Source: Candidatus Zipacnadia bacterium (lineage in GTDB: Bacteria > Armatimonadota > Zipacnadia > Zipacnadales > UBA5352). Taken from it: a DNA stretch of 64,000 nucleotides. The notes under the pieces are model-generated. The model saw nothing but the letters and a program-made list of their open reading frames with translations. It did not search any database and was not told the DNA's origin. This document shows positions 48,735 through 58,198 of the stretch, in pieces. Both the position numbers and the translations under genes were made by a program. Location of the stretch: positions 6,873-70,872 of the forward strand of contig JALGUJ010000003.1 in NCBI GenBank assembly GCA_029820945.1. Reading direction: 5' to 3'. Within the stretch, counting starts at the first letter, position 1. Every line of letters starts with the position of its first letter.

Positions 48735-51449
48735 TCAGCCGGCGGCGGGCGCCGACTCGACCACGAGCGTGACATCGCAGGGATAGCGTCCCGCGCGCGA
48801 GCTGTATACCGCGAGCCCGCCCCTGTCCGCCCCCGAATCCTCAGACGCGATACGCACCGTCACGATTCCATCCGCGGCGGCCGCCGCCGCTCTCTCGGCC
48901 GAGAGGTCCACCCGCACAAGCTGCCCGTATCGCCCCAGCAGCCCGTGCATGTGTGACAGCGCGCCGCGGGAGTCGGCCGGCTGGTTCGGCAACGCGAGTA
49001 CCGCGGCCTCCGCACGGCCGATCGCTATCCGCGCCCTGGACGGCCAGCGTTCCGCTTCGGTCTGCGGCGCCCCGGCGCGCGCGCTGGACAGCTCCACGAG
49101 CAGGTGCAGGGCCGCGATGCGCCTCGGATCGAGGTCCTCGGGCAGATCGAAGCTGTACTCCACCGAGCCGTCGCCCAGTCCCGCCAGGAGGTGGACGTCG
49201 CCCTCGACCTCGCCGCGCTCGATGTCACCCTCGAAGGCGGCGTCGCAGTCGCCCGCAGTCTTGCGCAGCACGACGGCGCCATCCTGGGACGCCGCATGTT
49301 CGCCGACGACCTCAAAGAAGCAGAAGTTCATCGCCGCCGGCCTGCCCCGCCCGTCGTCAAGCACGGCCTCGACGCGGGCGAGGCCGGGCTCGTCGGGCAG
49401 CGTCAGCTCGATCGCGGCGGAATCGCCGCTAACGGCCGCCGGTCTGGTCCTGCGCACCAGGGCGCGCGCGCGGCCGAGACGGCCAGTGAAGGTGGCGCTC
49501 CAGCGCACGCGCCGGGCAAGCTCGGCCGCACGCGCGGACGGCCGCAGAAAGACCGGGACCGTCACGCGGTCGCCGGGCGCAGCCGTGCGCGCGGGCGGGC
49601 AGTCGAAGCCCACGAACAGCTCCCCGAGGATCAGCGCCGGATGGTAGCCGAACTGCTTCGGGGAGCGATCGTAGTTGTAGAGCCCGTTGTGCTCCCACTC
49701 GATGTCCGTCAGCTCGGTGTAGACGTAGCCGCAGATCTCCTCATGCTTGCGCAGCTCGTTGGTGAGGAAGAGCAGGCACCAGGAGACGTCGAGGTCGCCC
49801 ATGCGCGCTGAGATGCCCCCGTACTCGCTGTTGAGCAGCGGCTGGCCGCCCTGGCGGCTGCCGCCGGCGAAGTTGAACTGCGAGCCCGGATGCGTCTGCT
49901 CCACGACCTCCTCGATGTGCTCCCGCGCCTGGTCGTAGTCGTTGAGGTAGAAGTGCCAGCTATTGATGTCGGTGACGATGTGGTCGCGCAGGCAGGCCGA
50001 GTTGTCCTCCACAAGCCGCGTCGAGTCCATCTCGCCGGTGGCCTCATAGCACTCGCGCACCCACTGCTGTCGCTCCGGCATTTGAGCGTACTCGCGACCA
50101 CCCAGGCCCCAGGTCTCGTTGAAGAGGCACCAGGCGATGATGCTCGGGTGGTTGAAGTCGCGCGTCATGGTCCCGCGGAGGTTACGCTCCCAGCGGTCCC
50201 TCGCCAGCTCCGAGTAGCCGTCATAGCCGAAGTTGGGCATATCGCACATCAGCAGAATGCCCACACGGTCCGCCCAATAAAGGTAGCGGGGGTCGGGCGT
50301 CTTGACGTGCAGCCGGAGGAAGTTGAGCCCGGCCTCGCGGGCCAGGACCAGGTCGCGCCGGATGGCGGCATTGCTGGGATGCGTGTAGACCCCCTGCGGA
50401 TGGAAGCTCTGATCCAGCGCCCCGCGCAGATAGATTGGCTCCCCATTCAAGCGGATGTATGCCGGCCCATCCTCGCCCAGAGGGCCGACATCGACGTCGC
50501 GCATGCCGAACTGCGTGTGCACCTCGTCGATAGCCCGGCCGCCCTGCAGGAGCCGCACGCGCAGCCGGTACATGTGAGGGCTTTCTGGTGCCCAGGGGAT
50601 GGGGGCGCGGATGTGCGCGCTCAGTCGCACCTGGCCGTGATCGTCCAGCGGCACGGGGCCAAGCTCGGCCACGGTCAGGCCCGTCGAGGTGCGCACGGCG
50701 GCGGCGACGGCCAGGTCCGCGGCGCCCTCGGGCACGTGAGTTCTGACTGTAACGGTCGCAAGCCCCCCGGCCAGGTGCGGCTGCACCTGAATGGCATCGA
50801 TGTGCGCGGCCGCCCGCGGCTCAAGCCACACCGTCTGCCAGATGCCACTCGTGGGCGTATACCAGCTCGGCACCTGCTTGCCCAGCGGCTTGCGGCTCTC
50901 GTCCTGGGGGTCGTGCACGCGGATGACGAGGGTGTTCTCACCCCCAACCAGCGCATCCGTGACATCGAAGCTCACGGGCAGGTAGCCGCTCTCCGCCTCC
51001 CCGACCGGGACGCCGTTGACCCAGGCGCGCAGCTCCCAGTCCGCGGCGCCGACGTTCAGGAAGACGCGGTGGCCCTGCCACCGGGCGGGCACGATGAACG
51101 AGCGCCGGTACCAGCCAACGGTCTGCCGCGGCGCCTCGCGGTAGTTCTCGACGGTGACCGAGGTCGGGTCCAGGTAGGCCTCGCGGCTGAACCAGCAGCC
51201 GTTGCCCGCCTGTTCCCCGGTCCCCCACGCCAGGTGGCTCTCCCACGGGAAAGGCACCACGATGGTGCGCGGGAAGCTCTCTGCGCCGCTCTCGTGCAGG
51301 CCCCGGGCGGGCCCGCGGTCATCGGGATCAAAGCTGAACTGCCACGGTCCGTTAAGGTTCAGCCAGTCGATGCCGGGCCGCAGGCCACGGTGGAAGTCGG
51401 GCCGCGGGTGTTCAGGACGTGGCACAGCATGGCTGCCGGGACGGCTCAT
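48735..51449 (-). CDS. Glycoside hydrolase family 2 (beta-galactosidase/glucuronidase-like), no signal peptide
   Basis: PRPEHPRPDF, WLNLNGPWQF, SGIWQTVWLE, LRGALDQ, GLNFLRLHVK, NHPSIIAWCLFNETWG, LNSEYGG, YTELTDIEWEHNG. Confidence 0.9.
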   Translation of the reverse strand: MSRPGSHAVPRPEHPRPDFHRGLRPGIDWLNLNGPWQFSFDPDDRGPARGLHESGAESFPRTIVVPFPWESHLAWGTGEQAGNGCWFSREAYLDPTSVTVENYREAPRQTVGWYRRSFIVPARWQGHRVFLNVGAADWELRAWVNGVPVGEAESGYLPVSFDVTDALVGGENTLVIRVHDPQDESRKPLGKQVPSWYTPTSGIWQTVWLEPRAAAHIDAIQVQPHLAGGLATVTVRTHVPEGAADLAVAAAVRTSTGLTVAELGPVPLDDHGQVRLSAHIRAPIPWAPESPHMYRLRVRLLQGGRAIDEVHTQFGMRDVDVGPLGEDGPAYIRLNGEPIYLRGALDQSFHPQGVYTHPSNAAIRRDLVLAREAGLNFLRLHVKTPDPRYLYWADRVGILLMCDMPNFGYDGYSELARDRWERNLRGTMTRDFNHPSIIAWCLFNETWGLGGREYAQMPERQQWVRECYEATGEMDSTRLVEDNSACLRDHIVTDINSWHFYLNDYDQAREHIEEVVEQTHPGSQFNFAGGSRQGGQPLLNSEYGGISARMGDLDVSWCLLFLTNELRKHEEICGYVYTELTDIEWEHNGLYNYDRSPKQFGYHPALILGELFVGFDCPPARTAAPGDRVTVPVFLRPSARAAELARRVRWSATFTGRLGRARALVRRTRPAAVSGDSAAIELTLPDEPGLARVEAVLDDGRGRPAAMNFCFFEVVGEHAASQDGAVVLRKTAGDCDAAFEGDIERGEVEGDVHLLAGLGDGSVEYSFDLPEDLDPRRIAALHLLVELSSARAGAPQTEAERWPSRARIAIGRAEAAVLALPNQPADSRGALSHMHGLLGRYGQLVRVDLSAERAAAAAADGIVTVRIASEDSGADRGGLAVYSSRAGRYPCDVTLVVESAPAAG

Positions 51450-51630
51450 GATGTCACTCCCGCATCGTCGTCCGGGACCCTAACGACCCGCCGAGTGTTA
51501 GTAACGCCACTGACCCGCACCGGGGCGCGGGGCGTGAGCGCGATAGACGTTCCCCCATGCGCTCTCCGGAACCTCCTCTGGTGAAAGGCGAGGGAGAATC
51601 GCATTCCCGAGGAGGAGTCGGGGGCGCGTA

Positions 51631-51639
51631 TGATAAAAT
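51631..51639 (+). promoter_or_regulatory. Extended -10 promoter element for the wHTH/KaiC-like operon
   Basis: TGaTAAAAT in an AT-rich patch about 65 nt upstream of 51703. Confidence 0.5.
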
Positions 51640-51702
51640 GAATGTACACTGGCTCCCGATCGGTCTTCGCGGGGGTGCTCGTCGCTCCAGAGCCGGGCGC
51701 GG

Positions 51703-52101
51703 ATGGTTGCCATGGACGATCGCGTGAGACAGTTCATCGAGGAGATCGCGCAGGACCTGGTGGGTCTGGACGTCGCTCTGTTCTACCAGGCTAATCCGCG
51801 GGCGTTCGACACGGCCTCGGGGATAGCGCTTCGTACCCACCGCTCCCTGAAGGACGTCGAGCCGGCTCTGCAGCGGATGAGCGAGCGGGGCTACCTTGAG
51901 GTGCTCTCCCGCGGCGACGGCCGCTACCAGGTCTTCGCGCTATCACCGGCGCCTGAGGTCTGGCGCACGCTCTGCCACGTCAGCGAGGCCTACCACGAGG
52001 ATCCCGAGGCCCGCAAGGAGATCATCCTGATGCTGGTGCAGCGGCGGCTTCAGCGCCGCACGGCGGGGCAGAATACGGGGGGGAGTGGACCCGATGGCTG
52101 A
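51703..52101 (+). CDS. Small winged-helix-like protein coupled to the KaiC-like gene
   Basis: FYQANPRAFDTASGIALRTHRSLKDVEPALQRMSERGYLE then a beta hairpin (wHTH pattern); its stop overlaps ATG 52094 of the next gene. Confidence 0.7.
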   Translation: MVAMDDRVRQFIEEIAQDLVGLDVALFYQANPRAFDTASGIALRTHRSLKDVEPALQRMSERGYLEVLSRGDGRYQVFALSPAPEVWRTLCHVSEAYHEDPEARKEIILMLVQRRLQRRTAGQNTGGSGPDG

Positions 52102-54721
52102 GCTGGTTGGCACCGGCATCGGCGGCCTGGACACCATCCTGGGAGGGGGGCTGCGTCAGGGCTCCTGCACGCTGCTGGAGGGCATCCCCGGCACCGGGAA
52201 GACCACCATCGGCCTCTGCTTCCTCTACCACGGCGCCGCGAACGACGGCGATCCCGGCATCGCCATCACCTTCGAGCAGTTCCCCCAGCAGATGGTGGAC
52301 GATGCCGCCCAGTTCGGCTGGGACATCCCCGCCCTCGAGCGCCAGGGGCTCATGCGCATCATGTGCACCTCGCCCGATGTCTTCCTCGACCAGCTCAGCG
52401 AGGTGGGCGGGGTGGTCGATCGGCTGGTCTCCGAGATGGGCGCGAGGCGGGTGCTGATCGACAGCGCCTCGCACCTGGCCCAGATCAGCGAGGATCCGAG
52501 CAAGCTACGCGCGCTCTTCTACAGCATGATCAACGGCCTCAAGCGCGCCGGCCTGACCACGATCGTCACCAAGGAGCTCGAGTCCCCGGAGGTGGCGCAG
52601 ATCCCGTTCGAGGAGTACCTCTGCGACACCGTCGTGCGGCTCGATAATGTGATGGTGGGGGGCTTCCGGCGCCGCCGCTACATCGAGGTCGTGAAGTCGC
52701 GCGGGCAGGCCCACCGGCTCGGGCGGCACGGCTTCGAGCTCGGCCCTGAGGGCCCGAAGGTCTACCCCCGCTACCACGCTGAGGCCAGCATGGCCGCCGA
52801 AGCCTGCCCGGTGCGGAAGCTGACCACCGGCGTGGAGGGCCTCGACCGCATGCTCGCCGGGGGATTGCTGGTGGGCAGCTCGACGCTGGTGGCGGGGAGC
52901 GCCGGCGTGGGCAAGACCACGCTGGGCCTGCAGTTCATCTGCGAGGGGGCGGCCCACGGCGAGCCGGGCGTCTATGTGACCTTCGAGGAGTCGCCCGCGA
53001 AGCTCGCCTGCCAGGCCGCGGGCTTCGGGCTCGACCTCGAAGGGTTACGCGAGAGCGGCATGGTGACCGTAGTCCACGAGCTGCCGACCACGGTCCGGCT
53101 TGAGAAGCTGCTGCTGCAGTTGGCCGATGAGATCGACCGCATCGGCGCGACGCGGCTGGTCTTCGACAGCCTGACCGATCTCGACATGGCCTTCGCCGAT
53201 GAGGACAATGTGCGCGAGGCGGTCTACAACCTGGTGAGCATGCTCGCCGCCCGGTGCGTCACCAGCATCGTGGTCAGCGAGGTGCCCGAGCTGTTCGGCC
53301 AAACCTACGTCACCGCCGAGCACCTCTCCATCATCGTGGACGGCATTATCCTGATGAAGTACCTGGAACTCGAGAGCGAGATCCAGCGCGCCGTCTCCGT
53401 GCTGAAAATGCGCGGCTCCGAGCACGACACCGGCATCTGGCGCTATGTCATCGAGAGCCAAGGGATTGACGTGCTGAGCCGGTTCGAAGGCGCGGAGGGG
53501 CTGATGGTGGGGGCCGCGCGCACCACCAGCATCGCGCTGTCGGTGCGCAGCTTTAGCGAGTTCGACGAGCAGCTCAACGCCGAGCTGCTGGAGCGCTTCT
53601 CGCAGATTCACCCCAACGTCTCCCCCGTCTCCTTGAACCTGCCGTACAACCCCGACGAAGCGCTGGAGACGATCCGCACGGCGCTGCGGGCGGAGACCAC
53701 CCAGCTCTCAGTGGCACCGATGTGCCTGTACTGGACCCCGGAGGTCGTGGCGACGGGCAGGCTGCGCGAACTCGATGATCTCCTCTCCGCCGAGGAGATC
53801 GACCAGCACATGGCCGAGGTCGTCGAGCCGGGGACCGGCGATGGTCACCTCTATGGCATTCCCGCCATCGCGCTCTGCGGCGCCCTGCTGTATCGGCGCG
53901 ACCTGCTGGACAAGCACGGCTTCCAGGCGGCGCCGATCACCTGGGAGGAGCTCATCGAGCAGGCGAGCAAGGTGCTCGCCGATGAGGGTCGCGACGACCT
54001 CATCGGCTTCCAGTTCCCGGCCTACATGTATGAGGGTCTGAGCACCTCCTTCCTGACGAACCTGTGGAGCAACGGCGGCTCGGTCGTGGGCGAGGGCGGG
54101 CGATGCGCGCTCGACAGCGAGGCCGCACTGGAGGCCCTCCGCTTCATCCGCTCGCTCATACACGAGCACGGCATCACGCCGCAGACTGTGACCGGCTACA
54201 ACGGCGGGCTCGAGCCGCAGCAGGACTTCATCGAGGGCCGCACGCTCTTCCTCTATATGCTCCCCAGCGTGCTGCAGGAGGTCAACCGCCCTGACAGCCC
54301 GCTGCTGGGCAGGGCCGGGCTGGCCGGCCCGCCGCATGGGCCGCGCGGCGACCGTGGCTACAGCTTCCTGGGCGGCTGGCACTTCGGCATCCCCGTCAAC
54401 GCCAAGGCCCCCGTGGCAGCGGGGCAGTTCATCCAGTTCATGACCAGCAGCGAGGTGCAGAAGGAGCGGGCCGTGCGCGGGGGCCCGCTGCCCACCATCA
54501 GCAACCTCTACCGCGACCCGGAGGTCCTGGCCTTCAACCCCCACTATCCGATCGTCTACGAGCTAATCCGCAGCGCGCGCAAGCGCCACGAGATCCCCAA
54601 CTACCTGCAGGTCTCTCGCCTTATGCAGCAGCACCTGCATCCGGTGCTGACCGGCGACGCGGAGCCCGAGGCCGCTTTGGACGAGCTGTACGGCAAGGTC
54701 CGCGGGCTTATCGAGCAGTAG
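52094..54721 (+). CDS. Double-domain KaiC-like (RecA-fold) ATPase fused to a C-terminal family-1 sugar solute-binding domain
   Basis: CI: TGIGGLD, GIPGTGKT, ITFEQ, RVLIDS, VVKSRG. CII: TGVEGLD, GSAGVGKT, VTFEE, RLVFDS, HLSIIVD, VLKMRGSEHD. SBP from about 53530: LLYRRDLL, PITWEEL, YEGL, FLGGW, FIQFMTS. Confidence 0.9.
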   Translation: MAELVGTGIGGLDTILGGGLRQGSCTLLEGIPGTGKTTIGLCFLYHGAANDGDPGIAITFEQFPQQMVDDAAQFGWDIPALERQGLMRIMCTSPDVFLDQLSEVGGVVDRLVSEMGARRVLIDSASHLAQISEDPSKLRALFYSMINGLKRAGLTTIVTKELESPEVAQIPFEEYLCDTVVRLDNVMVGGFRRRRYIEVVKSRGQAHRLGRHGFELGPEGPKVYPRYHAEASMAAEACPVRKLTTGVEGLDRMLAGGLLVGSSTLVAGSAGVGKTTLGLQFICEGAAHGEPGVYVTFEESPAKLACQAAGFGLDLEGLRESGMVTVVHELPTTVRLEKLLLQLADEIDRIGATRLVFDSLTDLDMAFADEDNVREAVYNLVSMLAARCVTSIVVSEVPELFGQTYVTAEHLSIIVDGIILMKYLELESEIQRAVSVLKMRGSEHDTGIWRYVIESQGIDVLSRFEGAEGLMVGAARTTSIALSVRSFSEFDEQLNAELLERFSQIHPNVSPVSLNLPYNPDEALETIRTALRAETTQLSVAPMCLYWTPEVVATGRLRELDDLLSAEEIDQHMAEVVEPGTGDGHLYGIPAIALCGALLYRRDLLDKHGFQAAPITWEELIEQASKVLADEGRDDLIGFQFPAYMYEGLSTSFLTNLWSNGGSVVGEGGRCALDSEAALEALRFIRSLIHEHGITPQTVTGYNGGLEPQQDFIEGRTLFLYMLPSVLQEVNRPDSPLLGRAGLAGPPHGPRGDRGYSFLGGWHFGIPVNAKAPVAAGQFIQFMTSSEVQKERAVRGGPLPTISNLYRDPEVLAFNPHYPIVYELIRSARKRHEIPNYLQVSRLMQQHLHPVLTGDAEPEAALDELYGKVRGLIEQ

Positions 54722-54972
54722 CCTCCCCCGGGGGACATTCCAGCGATGTCCGCATGCCCACGGCGAGACCCTCGTCAGCCCTACGGCCGGCGCCGGGCGA
54801 CTGCCGCGGCATTGCTCGCACTCTGCGTCGTCTCTCCGGCGTACTGCCAGAGCAGCTACCTCTGGCACGAGATCGAGGACCTCATCACCGCGCGGGATTG
54901 GCTGACCTTCACCCGAGTCACCAAGGCGGGCTTGCCGGATCGCCTCAAGCGGCGTTGCGCGGCAGCGGACGT

Positions 54973-56055
54973 CTACTTGATCTTCACGGCCCGGCCCGAA
55001 TCGGCGGACTTGTACATGGCGTCCAGGATCTTCATGATGCGCAGGCCGTCGGTCGCGGGCGAGATGGGCTCCTCGCCCTCGATCAGGCAGTCCACGAAGT
55101 GCTGCACCGCCGTGTGCCGGCCCATGGCCTCATCGGGCTCAAGCTTGACGACGCGATCGACGGCCTCGTCCTGCTCCTGGGTGTAGATCTCGAGGGTGTC
55201 GATGGCCGTGTCGTCGATGCCGTCCACGGCGAAGACGCGCTCGAGGCTGGCGCCCGCCTCGGTGCCCATGAGCGTGGAGTAGACCCACTCACGCTTGATG
55301 CGCGATGCCCATGAGGCCTCGAGCAGGATCGTCTGGCCGCCGGCGAACTTGAGCATGCCCACCGCCATGTCCTCGACGTCGAAGGTGCCCTTCGGGTCGG
55401 GGGTGCCCCACGGCCCCAGGCCCTCCATCTGCGGCCCGAAGACCGAGTAGGTGGAGGCCAGGCACAGCTCCGGCTCGGGGTTGCCCATCAGCCACATGGT
55501 CAGGTCGAGCATGTGCACGGCCAGGTCGATCAGCGGTCCGCCGCCGGCGACCTCCTCGCTGGTGAACCAGCTTCCCCAGCCGGGGATGCCGTTGCGGCGG
55601 ATCCAGCCGCAGCGGGCGAAGTAGATGTCGCCGAATGTCCCCGCGTCCACGTGCCCCTTGAGCATCTTCGCCTCGGGGCGGAAGCGGTTGTTGAACTGGA
55701 TCATCAGCGTCAGGCCCGCCTTCTCGGCGGCGTCCACCATTCGCTGCCCCTCCCTGGCGGTGCGCGCCAGGGGCTTCTCACAGAGCACGTTCTTGCCCGC
55801 CTTGAGGCAGCCGATGGTGAGCGGCGCATGGAACTTGTTCGGCACGCAGACGCTGACGCAGTCCAGGTCGAGCTCCAGCATGTCCTCGTAGTCGGTGAAG
55901 AGTTCCTCGATTCCGTACTCCTCGCCGGTCTCCGCGAGCAGCTCCTCGTTGAGGTCGCAGAGCGCAACGACCTCGGCGTCTTCGTGGGCCTGGTAGCCCT
56001 CGATGTGATAGGTGCCGATTCCGGCGCCGATGACTCCGGCCTTGATCTTCGCCAC
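54973..56055 (-). CDS. Gfo/Idh/MocA family oxidoreductase
   Basis: GVIGAG, CVPNKFH, VLCEKP, GGGPLIDLAVHMLD, DVED. Confidence 0.93.
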   Translation of the reverse strand: MAKIKAGVIGAGIGTYHIEGYQAHEDAEVVALCDLNEELLAETGEEYGIEELFTDYEDMLELDLDCVSVCVPNKFHAPLTIGCLKAGKNVLCEKPLARTAREGQRMVDAAEKAGLTLMIQFNNRFRPEAKMLKGHVDAGTFGDIYFARCGWIRRNGIPGWGSWFTSEEVAGGGPLIDLAVHMLDLTMWLMGNPEPELCLASTYSVFGPQMEGLGPWGTPDPKGTFDVEDMAVGMLKFAGGQTILLEASWASRIKREWVYSTLMGTEAGASLERVFAVDGIDDTAIDTLEIYTQEQDEAVDRVVKLEPDEAMGRHTAVQHFVDCLIEGEEPISPATDGLRIMKILDAMYKSADSGRAVKIK

Positions 56056-56229
56056 TTCACGAGCCTCCCTGTATGCAGATGGCCTCTATCAATCGCCAAC
56101 TCGCCACCCGGACCCTTCGACGCGCGGGCGGCGTCACCTCTCCGCATCCCTGAGCAGGTGCCAACGCACAAGCCGCGAAGGATATCCCAGCCTTGGGGTC
56201 GCAGCGCCACTGCGAGGAGTGACGGAGAC

Positions 56230-58173
56230 GTGGCCCGGTACGAGACGCTCTTCTCCCCCGCCCGCATCGGCACGTTGGAGCTGCCCAACCGCGTGGTCAT
56301 GGCGCCTATGGGCACCGGCTACGCCGACGAGGATCATTGCGTGACCCAGCGGCTGATCGCCTATCACGTGGCGCGCGCGCAGGGCGGCGTGGGCCTGCAG
56401 ATCGTCGAGCACACCGCCGTCCATCCGCTCGGGCTTACCGGCGAACGCATGCTCGCGATCTACGATGACGAGATGATCCCCGGCCTGCAGGCCCTCACCG
56501 ATGCCGTGCACGAGGCGGGCGGCCGCATCGCGCTGCAGCTCCAGCACGGCGGCCGCCAGGCCAACGCCGAGGTGATCGGGCGCCGGCCGCTTTCGCCGTC
56601 CGCGGTGAGCGTACACGGGGGCGGCCAGCCGGAGAAGATGAGCGAGCAGCAGATCCTGGAGACCGTGCAGGCATTCGGCGAGGGCGCGCGCCGGGCGATG
56701 GAGGCGGGCTTCGACGGCATCGAGGTGCACATGGCGCACGGCTACCTAGGCTGCTCGTTCCTCTCGCCGCTGCTCAACCGCCGCGACGACGACTGGGGCG
56801 GCGACACCGAGCGGCGAACGCGCTTCGCCCGCGAGGTGCGGGCCGCGATCATCGAGCGCTGCGGCGATGACTTCCCGTGCTGGTGCCGCATCTCGGCCGA
56901 CGAGCTGGTGGAGGGCGGCACCGACCTCGACGAGGCGCGCCGGTTCGCTCCACTGCTTCAGGATGCGGGCTACCAGGCGATCCACGTCTCCGTGTGCATC
57001 GGCGAGACGGCGCGCTTCGCATCGGCTCCGTACTACGTCGAGCCCGGCCACCTCATCGAGTACGCAGAGGGCATCCGCGAGGTGGTCAACGTGCCCGTCA
57101 TCGGCGTGGGCAGGATCCTGGAGCCGGAGATGGCCGAGGACTTCCTGCGCGAGGGCAGGTGCGACTTCGTTGCGCTGGGCCGGGCGCTGCTGGCCGACCC
57201 CGACTGGCCGAGGAAGGCACACGAGGGTCGCGAGGGCGAGATCATCCCGTGCATCGGCTGCAACCTGGGCTGCCTGGACCGCTCCTATAGCGACGGGCAG
57301 GTGCAGTGCGCCTGCAACCCCTGGACGGGGCGCGAGGTCGATTGGCCGGGCTATCCCGGCGGGCGCGAGCCGAGCCGCACGCTGCGCGTGCTGGTGGTCG
57401 GGGCCGGCCCGGGCGGCATGCAGGCGGCGATCGTCGCCGCCCATCGCGGCCACGATGTGACGCTGTGGGAGCAGGCCAGCGAGGTGGGCGGCGCTTTCCG
57501 CCTCGCGACAATGGCGCCCGGCAAGAGCGAGCTGGCCCGCTTCCTGCGCTGGCAGGAGGCCGAGCTGGATCGTGCCGGCGTTGAGCTTCGGCTCAACACG
57601 CACGCGACCGACCAGTCGGTGCTGCAGTTCGACCCGGATATGGCCATCATCGCGACGGGCTCGACGCCGCTCGGCCCGGAGTCGCTTCCCTATGGCGCGG
57701 GCGGACGCTTCGTGCTCGCCCACGATGTGCTTGAAGGCGAGGCGGAGGTCCGGGACCCCGTGTTCGTGGTCAGCAATCGCGGAGCCGGAGCAGAGGTCGC
57801 GCACCTGCTGGCGGAGGCCGGCCATGCCGTCACGCTGCTCGAGCCCGGGGACGATCCCGCGCCGCTGCTGCCCTCGGGACCGAAGGCATTTCTGCTGGAC
57901 CGCCTCGAGGCGCTGGGCGTGACGGTGCTCACCGGTCACCGGACCCTCGGGCTCGACGCCGAGGGGGTCCTGGTGGAGGCGCCCGACGAGGCGCAGAAGC
58001 GCTTCGACCGGCCCGGCACGGTGGTCCTGGCCCTCGGTCGGCGCGCGAACGACGATCTGGCCTCGGAGCTGGAGGGCGCGCGCCTGACCATGATCGTGAT
58101 AGGGGACGCCGAGCGCCCGCGTCACGTGCAGGCGGCCGTACATGAGGGCGCACTGGCCGCACGCGACATCTGA
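56230..58173 (+). CDS. NADH:flavin oxidoreductase (OYE-like FMN barrel + 4Fe-4S + FAD; 2,4-dienoyl-CoA reductase/BaiCD-like)
   Basis: GTG at 56230; NRVVMAPM, QLQHGGR, GFDGIEVHMAHGYL, CIGCNLGC...CACNP, VVGAGPGG, IGDA. Confidence 0.9.
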   Translation: MARYETLFSPARIGTLELPNRVVMAPMGTGYADEDHCVTQRLIAYHVARAQGGVGLQIVEHTAVHPLGLTGERMLAIYDDEMIPGLQALTDAVHEAGGRIALQLQHGGRQANAEVIGRRPLSPSAVSVHGGGQPEKMSEQQILETVQAFGEGARRAMEAGFDGIEVHMAHGYLGCSFLSPLLNRRDDDWGGDTERRTRFAREVRAAIIERCGDDFPCWCRISADELVEGGTDLDEARRFAPLLQDAGYQAIHVSVCIGETARFASAPYYVEPGHLIEYAEGIREVVNVPVIGVGRILEPEMAEDFLREGRCDFVALGRALLADPDWPRKAHEGREGEIIPCIGCNLGCLDRSYSDGQVQCACNPWTGREVDWPGYPGGREPSRTLRVLVVGAGPGGMQAAIVAAHRGHDVTLWEQASEVGGAFRLATMAPGKSELARFLRWQEAELDRAGVELRLNTHATDQSVLQFDPDMAIIATGSTPLGPESLPYGAGGRFVLAHDVLEGEAEVRDPVFVVSNRGAGAEVAHLLAEAGHAVTLLEPGDDPAPLLPSGPKAFLLDRLEALGVTVLTGHRTLGLDAEGVLVEAPDEAQKRFDRPGTVVLALGRRANDDLASELEGARLTMIVIGDAERPRHVQAAVHEGALAARDI

Positions 58174-58198
58174 GACTCGTTCAACCGGAGGGACCGCC

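Noticed and set aside
52094-54721. Bona fide circadian clock locus, or an ABC-transporter binding protein
   Set aside because: No kaiA/kaiB, the T432 equivalent is absent and the tail is replaced; the SBP has no export signal and no permease genes are adjacent.
55513-56229. Apparent 239-aa N-terminal extension on the OYE-family oxidoreductase
   Set aside because: It is antisense to the Gfo/Idh/MocA gene; the family N-terminus (YETLFSPARIG) and RBS point to GTG 56230.
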